From Gemmatimonadota bacterium (GTDB lineage: Bacteria > Gemmatimonadota > Gemmatimonadetes > Gemmatimonadales > GWC2-71-9): 63,543 bases of DNA. Below are positions 1-7,843 of this stretch, piece after piece. Within the stretch, counting starts at the first letter, position 1. Every line of letters starts with the position of its first letter. The position numbers and the translations under genes were made by a program. The notes below the pieces were generated by a model that ran no database searches, had not been told where the DNA came from, and saw nothing but the letters and a program-made list of their open reading frames with translations. Location: NCBI GenBank assembly GCA_033763675.1, contig JANRJZ010000178.1, positions 1 to 63,543 of the forward strand, given 5' to 3'.

Positions 1-47
1 GCTCGGCGGCTCGGCGGCTTGGCGGCTGGCGGCTTGGCGGCTCGGCG
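1..47. repeat. Tandem octamer array (GCTCGGCG / GCTTGGCG units), truncated by the window edge
   Basis: Read directly: gctcggcg gctcggcg gcttggcg gctggcg gcttggcg gctcggcg. The unit is the reverse complement of the array at 703-777. Confidence 0.85.
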
Positions 48-116
48 CGATTTTCTTGGTCCGCGAGATGGCGAATTGATGGGGTGGCCCCGCGCCCATG
101 ATCCCAGCCTTGGGGC

Positions 117-620
117 ATGCCTGAAGCAGCTTGCCTCCCCCAGCGCCGCTCCATTCGCCTCTGGAGCTGGGATTATTCCCGCCCTGGCTGGTACTTCGTC
201 ACCATCACCACGCGGCTGGGCTGGTGGTATTTCGGGTTGAATGACGAGCGCGGATTACGACTCTCAGAACCCGGCCGCGTGGTCTCGGCAACCTGGGCCG
301 AGATGCCCGCCCGATTTCCACGGCTCCAGCTGGATGCCTGGGTGGTGATGCCGAACCACTTTCACGCCATCCTGCACCTGATTCCTGGAACTGAGGCCTC
401 TCGTCGCACCGTCGGGAGAATCATCAGCGCCTTCAAATCCCTCACCACCGTCCGCTACCTGCGCGGGATCCGGGCCTGCGGCTGGCCGCCATTCCACCGG
501 CGCCTCTGGCACCGGAATTATCACGACCGGATCCTCCACACCCCCACAGCGCTGGCCGCCACCCGCCGCTATATCGAGCAGAACCCCCAGATCCACCTGC
601 AGCGCGCCCGCCGCCAATAG
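117..620 (+). CDS. REP-associated tyrosine transposase (RAYT) / IS200-type Y1 HUH transposase
   Basis: 167-aa ORF with an HUH motif (VVMPNHFHAILH) and a C-terminal catalytic-Tyr context (LWHRNYHDRIL). Size and motif order are typical of the TnpA_REP/IS200 family. It is flanked by inverted short-repeat arrays. Confidence 0.8.
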   Translation: MPEAACLPQRRSIRLWSWDYSRPGWYFVTITTRLGWWYFGLNDERGLRLSEPGRVVSATWAEMPARFPRLQLDAWVVMPNHFHAILHLIPGTEASRRTVGRIISAFKSLTTVRYLRGIRACGWPPFHRRLWHRNYHDRILHTPTALAATRRYIEQNPQIHLQRARRQ

Positions 621-660
621 CCGCATGGGCCGCGGCTGGGCATGGCCCCCCAATAGCGGT

Positions 661-685
661 ACGGGCGACCCTTGTGGTCGCCCGT
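661..685 (+). terminator. Stem-loop downstream of the RAYT gene (possible terminator or REP-like hairpin)
   Basis: acgggcgac (661-669) pairs perfectly with gtcgcccgt (677-685) around a 7-nt loop. There is no U-tract. Confidence 0.35.
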
Positions 686-702
686 CCATGCTTCAAGCTT
701 CC

Positions 703-777
703 GCCGAGCCGCCGAGCCGCCGAGCCGCCGAGCCGCCGAGCCGCCGCGCCGCCGCGCCGCCGCGCCGCCGCGCCGCC
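703..777. repeat. Tandem octamer array: 5x GCCGAGCC followed by 4x GCCGCGCC
   Basis: Counted directly, with perfect 8-nt periodicity. It lies between the RAYT stop and the stop of the convergent gene at 777, and is inverted relative to the array at 1-47. Confidence 0.95.
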
Positions 778-1133
778 TACCCCATCACCAGTCCGAGCAG
801 CACCCCGGCCACAAGGATCCGGAGCACCCCACCGATCAGCGGCTTGACCGCCACCGCCCGGAGCGATTGCCCCCGGATCCGGCCGGGCACCTCCATCAGC
901 AGCCCCACCAGGAGGAACAACAGCACCGCCCCGCCGCTGCCGAGACTCCCGAACCAGAGCCCGGCGAACAGCGTCAGCAGCCCGGCCTCCACCAGCAGCG
1001 AGGGCCACGGCACTCCGGCCGGAGCGGCGGCAGCCGGTTCCTCGCTCGATCCCAGCCGGCGGCCCACCTCATTCCACGCCAGGAGGAACACGCCGACCGC
1101 GACGAACCCGAGCAGAACCCGGCCGAACGTCAT
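777..1133 (-). CDS. Small hydrophobic membrane protein (hypothetical)
   Basis: 118-aa ORF with about 3 predicted TM stretches (LLGFVAVGVFLLAW, LLTLFAGLWFGSL, AVLLFLLVGLL, VLLGLVMG). The ATG lies 3 nt after the stop of the upstream amidohydrolase gene (TAACCGATG). Confidence 0.5.
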   Translation of the reverse strand: MTFGRVLLGFVAVGVFLLAWNEVGRRLGSSEEPAAAAPAGVPWPSLLVEAGLLTLFAGLWFGSLGSGGAVLLFLLVGLLMEVPGRIRGQSLRAVAVKPLIGGVLRILVAGVLLGLVMG

Positions 1134-1136
1134 CGG

Positions 1137-2507
1137 TTACAGGCCGGCCTTGAGCGAGTCGGCGTTGTAGAGCTGACCCCGGACCATGACCCGCTGCACC
1201 GTCCGCGTGTTGCGGATGTCGGTGAGGGGGTTGGACCCCAGGATGAGGAGATCGGCCACCTTGCCCGGCTGGATTACTCCCAGGGAATCGGCGCCGAGGA
1301 GTTGTGCCGCGTTGCGGGTGGCGGTCTCAATGGCGTCCTGCGGCGTGAGGCCGGCGGTAACCAGCAGCTCCAGCTCGGTGTGCAGGCTCCACCCCGGCAC
1401 CAGCATCTGGTTGACGGCATCGGTCCCGGCCACGATCCGCCCGCCGGCGGCGCGGAACTCCCGAAGGAAGAGGTCCTGATTGGCCCGCGAGGCACGGAAC
1501 GCGGGGTAGTCATTCGCCGTCCACCCCGCCCGGGCGATCATCTCCGGCAGGTTCCAGCGCTGCAGTTGGGCATCGGGAATGGTGCGCAGGTCGGGATGGC
1601 TGAGGATGGCGGGATCGTCGAGCCGGCTGAAGGTCTCGTGCAGCACCAGCGTCGGGATGAGAATGATCTTCCGTTCCGCGAGGGTCTGGGCCACCCGGGC
1701 CAGCGCGGCACTGTCCAGCGTGGCCCAGCTCTTCTCGAAGTAGGTCCATCCCCGGAAGAAGCCCGCCCGGTGCTCGGCGTAGAACTTGTCCGGCTTGGGG
1801 CTCGCGGCCTCCGGGACGCCACTCATGTGTTCGATGGCCGCGACACCCAGCTGGCTGGCGGTCAGCGCATCGGTGAGGCCGAGGTGCGCGGTGACCTTGA
1901 TGCTGAAGGTGTTGGCCTCGTCGAGCAGGGGCCGGAAGAGCGCCGGGGTGACATGGGTATAGGTCTTGATGTAGTCGACACCGGCCACCGCGCGCGAGTC
2001 CACCGCGCGGCGCGCGGAGTCGGGGGTGGCCACCTCGGTGGCGGACGGGTAGGTGGCGGGCGGGCCGTCGATCATGGCGCCGGCGCTGTACACTCGGGGC
2101 GCGACCAGCCCGCCCAGGTTCACCTCTTCCCGCAGCGCCAGGATCGAATCCTGTTCGCCGTGGACATCGCGCACCGTGGTGACGCCCGCGATCACGTAGC
2201 GGCTCAGCGCCCAGCGCTCCAGGTGCCCATGGCCGTCCACCAGGCCGGGGAGGATCCAGGACCCGGTCACGTCCACTTCCTCCGCGGAGGAGGGGATCTC
2301 GAACCCCTCGCGCGGGGCGACGGTCTCGATCCGTCCCTGGTGGACCACGATGACCGCGTCCCGGAGCACCGGGTCGCCGGCGCCGCTGATGACGTTGCCG
2401 CCGACCAGCGCGATCCGGTCCTTGGGCTTCGGGGTGCACGCCTGAAGCAGTGCCAGGGCCGCGAGCAGCACCCAGGCCGCCGAGCCGCTGAGCCGCCGAG
2501 CCGTCAT
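1137..2507 (-). CDS. Metal-dependent amidohydrolase family protein, lipoprotein signal
   Basis: HxH metal motif (GLVDGHGHLERW) and amidohydrolase-like length and architecture. I chose the start at MTARRLSGSAAWVLLAALALLQAC (signal peptide plus lipobox) rather than the upstream ORF extension. Confidence 0.8.
   Translation of the reverse strand: MTARRLSGSAAWVLLAALALLQACTPKPKDRIALVGGNVISGAGDPVLRDAVIVVHQGRIETVAPREGFEIPSSAEEVDVTGSWILPGLVDGHGHLERWALSRYVIAGVTTVRDVHGEQDSILALREEVNLGGLVAPRVYSAGAMIDGPPATYPSATEVATPDSARRAVDSRAVAGVDYIKTYTHVTPALFRPLLDEANTFSIKVTAHLGLTDALTASQLGVAAIEHMSGVPEAASPKPDKFYAEHRAGFFRGWTYFEKSWATLDSAALARVAQTLAERKIILIPTLVLHETFSRLDDPAILSHPDLRTIPDAQLQRWNLPEMIARAGWTANDYPAFRASRANQDLFLREFRAAGGRIVAGTDAVNQMLVPGWSLHTELELLVTAGLTPQDAIETATRNAAQLLGADSLGVIQPGKVADLLILGSNPLTDIRNTRTVQRVMVRGQLYNADSLKAGL
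2479..2502. repeat. Three octamer units (GCCGAGCC / GCTGAGCC / GCCGAGCC) inside the signal-peptide codons of the amidohydrolase
   Basis: Read directly. On the minus strand it translates as RRLSGSAA. Confidence 0.7.
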
Positions 2508-2624
2508 CGTGATCCTCCGACGTGTGATGCCGCGTGGACGCCCGAAACGTGGCCCCGCCGATGGGGGGACGCAAGTTGAGCCCGGGGCTTCCCTCCGCGC
2601 CCCCTCCGGAGCTACCCTGCGACC

Positions 2625-4088
2625 ATGGCGATCTTCCGCTGGCTGTCCCGGGCCCCCGCCACGCCCCTGATCCTGCTCAGCAACCGCGAGCCGTACGTGC
2701 ACACGCGCGGCGCGAACGGCGAGGTACTGGTATCACGGCCCGCCGGTGGCCTGACCAGCGCACTGCAGCCGGTCATGGCGGCCGCCGGGGGCACCTGGGT
2801 CGCGTGGGGCCACGGGAGCGCGGACTTCGATGTCACCGACATCGGCGATACCATCGGCCTGCCGCCAGAAGCCCCCAGCTATCGCCTCCGCCGCATGCGG
2901 CTCACCGCCGAAGAGGTCGTGGGCTACTACCTCGAAACCGCCAACCGCGCCCTCTGGCCCCTCTGCCACGCCCAGCTGCCCCGGTTCGTGTATGACGCGG
3001 CCAGCTGGCTCACCTATCGGCGGGTGAACGAGCGGTTCGCCGCCGCGGCGATCGCGGAGGCACAGGGCCGGCCGGCCACCTGCTGGGTGCAGGACTATCA
3101 CCTGGCGCTGGTGCCGGGGGTCCTGCGCCGGGTGCGGCACCTGTTCGTGCACCAGTTCTGGCACATCCCCTGGCCGGCGCCGGACATCCTCCGGGTGCTG
3201 CCGAACGCGCGCGCCCTGGTGCGCGGGCTGCTGGGCAACCACCTCCTCGGGTTCCAGACCGGGCTCGACGTTCGCAACTTCCTCGACAGCGCCCGCCGCA
3301 TGTTCCGGGATGCGGTGGTGGAGCCCACCCGGGGCCTGATCCGCTACCGCGGGCGCCGCACCCACGTGCGCGAGTTTCCCATCTCGATCGATGTCGCCAC
3401 CTTCGCCGCCCAGGCCCGGACCCCCGAGACCGAGGCCCACGCCCGCGAGCTCCGTCGCCGCATGGTGCCCGCCGGCGGCCAGCTGCTGCTCGGCGTGGAC
3501 CGGGTGGACTACACCAAGGGCATTCCGCGCCGCTTCACCGCCTTTGCGCGGCTGCTGGAAGAGCACCCCGAGCTGCACGGCCGGGTCACCCTGCTGCAGG
3601 TCGGCGTCCCCAGCCGCACCGACGTTCCGGAGTATGCCGCCTTCGAGCAGGAGGTCGCGGACCGCGCGGCCGAGGTCAATGCCCGCTTCGGTCGGGACGG
3701 CTGGCTGCCGGTGGAGCTGGTGCGGGAAAGCCTCGACCAGGCCACCCTGACGGCCTACTACCGCGCCGCCGACGTCTGCATCGTCTCGCCGCTGCAGGAC
3801 GGGATGAACCTGGTGGCCAAGGAGTATGTCGCCTGCCAGCAGGGGCGCATGGGCGTCCTGGTGCTGTCCCGGTTTGCCGGCGCGGCGCGGCAGCTCAAGG
3901 AAGCGCTGCTCATCAATCCCTACGACATCGGCGCCACCGCGGAGGCGCTGTACCGCGCCCTGACCCTGCCCGCGGAGGAGCGGGAGCGGCGCAGCATCGC
4001 GCTGCACCATCGGGTCGAGCGTCACACCATCCATGACTGGATGGGCGATATCTTTGCGGAGGTGGATCGCCTCCGGCCGCGGGCGTGA
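2625..4088 (+). CDS. otsA: Alpha,alpha-trehalose-phosphate synthase (GT20)
   Basis: 487 aa with GT20 hallmarks: LLSNREPY, GGLTSAL, YYLETANRALWPLCH, VQDYHLALVP, HIPWP, SPLQDGMNLVAKEY. Confidence 0.9.
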   Translation: MAIFRWLSRAPATPLILLSNREPYVHTRGANGEVLVSRPAGGLTSALQPVMAAAGGTWVAWGHGSADFDVTDIGDTIGLPPEAPSYRLRRMRLTAEEVVGYYLETANRALWPLCHAQLPRFVYDAASWLTYRRVNERFAAAAIAEAQGRPATCWVQDYHLALVPGVLRRVRHLFVHQFWHIPWPAPDILRVLPNARALVRGLLGNHLLGFQTGLDVRNFLDSARRMFRDAVVEPTRGLIRYRGRRTHVREFPISIDVATFAAQARTPETEAHARELRRRMVPAGGQLLLGVDRVDYTKGIPRRFTAFARLLEEHPELHGRVTLLQVGVPSRTDVPEYAAFEQEVADRAAEVNARFGRDGWLPVELVRESLDQATLTAYYRAADVCIVSPLQDGMNLVAKEYVACQQGRMGVLVLSRFAGAARQLKEALLINPYDIGATAEALYRALTLPAEERERRSIALHHRVERHTIHDWMGDIFAEVDRLRPRA

Positions 4089-4918
4089 CCCATCCCCTTG
4101 GCCGGGGGCCGGCGGCGCGGCGGGCCTTCCAGGGCCTGGTCCGGGCCGAGCGGCCGCTGCTCTTTCTTGACCTCGACGGGACCCTGGCGCCGCTGCAGGA
4201 GAATCCGGATCGCGCGCGCGTCCCCGCCGCCACCCGGCGCACCATCGCCGCGCTCCGCCGGACCGGCGCCGGGGTGGTCCTGGTCTCGGGCCGCTCGGCC
4301 CGGGCCGTGGCCCGCATCAGCGGCACGCCGGTGGATGCCATTCTCGGCGATCACGGCGCGCGACTGCTCCAGGGTGGCCGGCTCCAGCCCTGGCTCCCCG
4401 CCGACCGCGCCCGGCTGCGGCGAGCGGCCCGGGCGGTGGCGCAGTTCCTCGCCGGTCGGCGCGGAATCTGGCTGGAGCGGAAGGACCGGTCGCTGGCCAT
4501 CCACCTCCGGCTGCCCGGCGGGCATGCGCACCGGACGGTGGGGAACGTGGCCGCGCTCCTCCGGCGGATGGGGCTCCGGGTGCTGGCTGGCAACCGGGTG
4601 CTGGACGCCCAGCTCCCGGGGGTGAACAAGGGTGCCGCAGTGCGCCGCTGGCTCGGGCGCGGAAAGCAGGATGCCGTGCTCTACGCCGGCGACGACACCA
4701 CCGATCAGGACGCCTTTCTCGCGCTCAGGCCGGGGGCCGTGACCATCGCCATCGGCCGGCGGGTGAAGGGGGCGGCCTTCGCCACCCGGAACCCCGCCAC
4801 CTTCGCCGCCTGGCTTGGGGGCCTCGCCCGGGCGCGCGCCGCCGTACGGGCGGGCCTTGTGCCCGCCCGTGCCGGCTTGGGCGCGCGCCGGGCCCCCCGG
4901 CGAGGGGCTGAAGGATGA
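4085..4918 (+). CDS. otsB: Trehalose-phosphatase (HAD-IIB)
   Basis: HAD motif I LLFLDLDGTLAP, a later GDHGA, KG (VNKGAAV) and the GDDTTDQDAF motif. GTGA overlap with the otsA stop. The exact start is uncertain. Confidence 0.8.
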   Translation: MTHPLGRGPAARRAFQGLVRAERPLLFLDLDGTLAPLQENPDRARVPAATRRTIAALRRTGAGVVLVSGRSARAVARISGTPVDAILGDHGARLLQGGRLQPWLPADRARLRRAARAVAQFLAGRRGIWLERKDRSLAIHLRLPGGHAHRTVGNVAALLRRMGLRVLAGNRVLDAQLPGVNKGAAVRRWLGRGKQDAVLYAGDDTTDQDAFLALRPGAVTIAIGRRVKGAAFATRNPATFAAWLGGLARARAAVRAGLVPARAGLGARRAPRRGAEG

Positions 4919-6699
4919 CCGACCAACCCACCATCTCCGATTACGGCCTCATCGGCGACATGCAGAGCGCCGCCCTGGTGGGCCGCCACGGGGGGATCGA
5001 CTGGTGCTGCCTGCCCCGGTTCGACAGCGGCAGCGTCTTCGCCGCGCTGCTCGACCCGCAGCGCGGCGGTACCTGGCTGATCCAGCCCGCCGAGCCCTAC
5101 GCCGCCGTGCAACGCTACCTCACCGGCACCAACATCCTGGAGACCACGTTCCGCACCGCGGCCGCCGAGGCGGTCCTGACCGACTTCATGCCGGTCACCG
5201 CCGAAGGGCGCCCCGCGGGGAATCACCGGGAGATCCACCGCCGGCTGCACGGGCTCCGGGGGGAGATGCCAATGCGGGTGCGCTTCATGCCCCGGTTCGA
5301 GTACGGGGCGCGCAGCACCCGCCTCGAGATGATCGGCGAAGGCCTCTTCGCCAGCGATCGCACCGACCAGGTCCTGACCCTGGCCAGCGTCCGGCCATTC
5401 GAGTGGCGCATCGAGCAGGGGGCGGCGGAGACCGACTTCACCCTCCCGGCCGGCGACACCCGCTGGCTGGTGCTGCGCCACGACGACGACGATGTGCACC
5501 CGGTGGACCGCTACGAGAGCCAGCGGAAACTCGAGGCAACCACCGCCTTCTGGCTCCGCTGGAGCTCCAAGGTGCGGTACACCGGCCCCTGGCGCGACGC
5601 GGTGGAGCGGTCGGCGCTCACCCTCAAGCTGCTCACCGACTGCGAGACCGGGGCGGTCATCGCGGCCCCGACGACGTCGCTGCCCGAGACCCTGGGCGGC
5701 ATCCGCAACTGGGACTACCGCTTTGTCTGGCTGCGCGACGCAGTCTTCACCCTCACCGCGCTGCAGAGCGTGGGGCACGGCGCGGAGGCCGATGCCTTCA
5801 TGCGATTCCTCCGCCGGGTCTGCCGCCATGAGGGGGGCGGCCACCTGCAGATCATGTACACGGTGAACGGCCGGCGGGACCTGGAGGAGCGACAGCTGGA
5901 GCACCTCAGCGGCTACCGCGGCAGCCGCCCGGTGCGGGTGGGGAATGGGGCGGTGGACCAGCTTCAGCTGGATGTCTACGGGGAGGTGCTCGCCGCCGCG
6001 GATGCCTGGCGGCGCGAGCACCCGATGAGCGAGGGCGTCTGGCGCACCCTGCGGCCACTGGTGGACTGGGTGAGTGGCCACTGGCACCTTCCCGACTCCA
6101 GCATCTGGGAGGTCCGCGGCGAGACCCGGCACTACGTCTTCAGCAAGGTGATGAACTGGGTGGCACTCGATCGTGGCATCCGGATCGCCACCGACCTCTC
6201 ACTACCGGCGGATCTGCCCGCCTGGACCGCCGCCCGTGCCGCCGTGCGGGCCGAGATCCTCGAGTGCGGCTGGAACCCGGCCCGCGGGGCGTTCATCCAG
6301 GCCTACGACCATCCGGACACCCTCGATGCGGCGGCGCTGACGATCCCCATGATGGGGTTCCTGCCGTGGGACGACCCGCGGGTGATCTCCACCGTGCGGG
6401 CCATCCAGCGGGACCTCACCACCCCCGACGGCGAACTGGTCTATCGCTACCTCACCCCCGACGGGCTCGACGGGGAGGAGGGGGCATTCTCCATCTGCAC
6501 CTTCTGGCTGGCGGAGGCCCTCTGCCGGATCGGGGACCGCCCCCAGGCCGAGCGGATCTTCCACCGCATGCTCGGCTACGCCAACCACCTCGGCCTCTAT
6601 TCCGAGGAGATCGATCCCCTGTCCGGCGAATTCCTCGGCAACTTCCCCCAGGCCTTCACCCACATCGGCCTGATCCAGTGCGCGGTGGCGCTGGGCTGA
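4915..6699 (+). CDS. Glycoside hydrolase family 15 protein (glucoamylase/trehalase-like)
   Basis: 594 aa. The N-terminal ISDYGLIGDMQSAALVGRHGGIDWCCLPRFDSGSVFAALLD is characteristic of bacterial GH15 proteins. ATGA overlap with otsB. Confidence 0.88.
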   Translation: MTDQPTISDYGLIGDMQSAALVGRHGGIDWCCLPRFDSGSVFAALLDPQRGGTWLIQPAEPYAAVQRYLTGTNILETTFRTAAAEAVLTDFMPVTAEGRPAGNHREIHRRLHGLRGEMPMRVRFMPRFEYGARSTRLEMIGEGLFASDRTDQVLTLASVRPFEWRIEQGAAETDFTLPAGDTRWLVLRHDDDDVHPVDRYESQRKLEATTAFWLRWSSKVRYTGPWRDAVERSALTLKLLTDCETGAVIAAPTTSLPETLGGIRNWDYRFVWLRDAVFTLTALQSVGHGAEADAFMRFLRRVCRHEGGGHLQIMYTVNGRRDLEERQLEHLSGYRGSRPVRVGNGAVDQLQLDVYGEVLAAADAWRREHPMSEGVWRTLRPLVDWVSGHWHLPDSSIWEVRGETRHYVFSKVMNWVALDRGIRIATDLSLPADLPAWTAARAAVRAEILECGWNPARGAFIQAYDHPDTLDAAALTIPMMGFLPWDDPRVISTVRAIQRDLTTPDGELVYRYLTPDGLDGEEGAFSICTFWLAEALCRIGDRPQAERIFHRMLGYANHLGLYSEEIDPLSGEFLGNFPQAFTHIGLIQCAVALG

Positions 6700-6705
6700 C
6701 CGGCC

Positions 6706-7146
6706 CTATTTGAGGAAGATGCCCAGCCCGAAGTAACAGGGCTCCTCCTTGCACGCCGCCATCTCCACGTTGATGGTGTACCGCCCCGCCTTCTCCGGCT
6801 GCAGGGACAGGACCGGCGTGTCGTCGTCCTTCCGGTCCTTGTCCACCGTGTTGCCGTCGGCGTCCTTGATCAGCAGGTCGACGTTGCTGCAGTCGTTGTC
6901 GCAGGCACCCGTGATGATGTAGCTCTTGCCCTTGTCGAAGTAGAACGTCCAGCTGTCGGTCCCGCCCTTGTTCAGCCGCCCCATCAGGTAGTTCTGCAGG
7001 TACCAGTCGTCGTCATTCTTGGAGATGGTCTTCCAGTGCTCCTGCAGCTGGTCCCAGACCTGGACGGCATAGCTCTGGGCGGTGAGCCGCTCCGGCGCGA
7101 GGCCAAGCAGCAGGAGGCAGGCGGGGACCAGCAGGCGGCTGGACAT
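6706..7146 (-). CDS. Secreted hypothetical protein (Cys-containing, Asp/Lys-rich)
   Basis: 146-aa ORF with an N-terminal signal (LLVPACLLLLGLAPERLTAQS). Coding-like composition, and visibly less GC-rich than its neighbours. Confidence 0.55.
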   Translation of the reverse strand: MSSRLLVPACLLLLGLAPERLTAQSYAVQVWDQLQEHWKTISKNDDDWYLQNYLMGRLNKGGTDSWTFYFDKGKSYIITGACDNDCSNVDLLIKDADGNTVDKDRKDDDTPVLSLQPEKAGRYTINVEMAACKEEPCYFGLGIFLK

Positions 7147-7181
7147 GGGGGCGTGTTCCTTTCGGGGTGCCCGGGTGAGGG

Positions 7182-7676
7182 TCAGTACGCGATGGTGCCG
7201 TCGAGGGTGGACAGGTCGCCGTCGGCCAGGGCGGCGGTGAGCGGCAGCGCCGTAAACGTAATCGTGCCCAGCGCCAGGTCGGCGACGCCCTTCGCCGGAT
7301 CACACGGGGATCCGACCATGCCGCCCGCATCACACAGGGTGAAGCCATCCGGGGCGTTCAGGTCGGTTCCCCAGGAGTGCTCCAGGTTCGGGATGCTGGC
7401 GTCGGACTTGAGGATGTTGAGGGAAATGGAATGCTGGATGCTGCCGACCGATCCGGTGATGACCACGAGCACGGCCGGTCCCTGCGACACCGCCGAATTG
7501 GTGTCTACGATGATGTTAATGCCGGTCAGCGCGCCATTGCCATTGCTCGGGGTGGCGTTGCTCACGGTCAGGGCGCTGCTCCCGCCCCCACCGCCCCCGC
7601 CGTTATTCGGGCCGGAGGAACTGGAGCAGGCGACACCGGTGGCCAGCAGGACAAGGAGCGGGATGGGGCGACGCAT
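7182..7676 (-). CDS. Lipoprotein, hypothetical (Gly-rich linker)
   Basis: Lipobox LLATGVAC followed by SSSSGPNNGGGGGGGSS. Confidence 0.55.
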   Translation of the reverse strand: MRRPIPLLVLLATGVACSSSSGPNNGGGGGGGSSALTVSNATPSNGNGALTGINIIVDTNSAVSQGPAVLVVITGSVGSIQHSISLNILKSDASIPNLEHSWGTDLNAPDGFTLCDAGGMVGSPCDPAKGVADLALGTITFTALPLTAALADGDLSTLDGTIAY

Positions 7677-7843
7677 GAGCGAGTCTCCGGGAGGGGATGG
7701 CTCGGGACCCCGGCCGGGATGACCGGAGCAACTCCCTGTGCCATCGTCGGATAGGCCAGCGCCACGATTTGTGGAGTGCCTACCTGCGCGGTACCTTGCA
7801 CCTGCGGGCTCACCCCCCTCTCACCCAGGTCTCACCGCTCAGC

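Noticed and set aside
672-2579. 635-aa plus-strand ORF overlapping the amidohydrolase and the small membrane gene
   Set aside because: It is antisense to a well-supported amidohydrolase. Its Arg/Pro/Gly/His-rich low-complexity translation starts inside the octamer array. This is a typical long open frame of GC-rich DNA.
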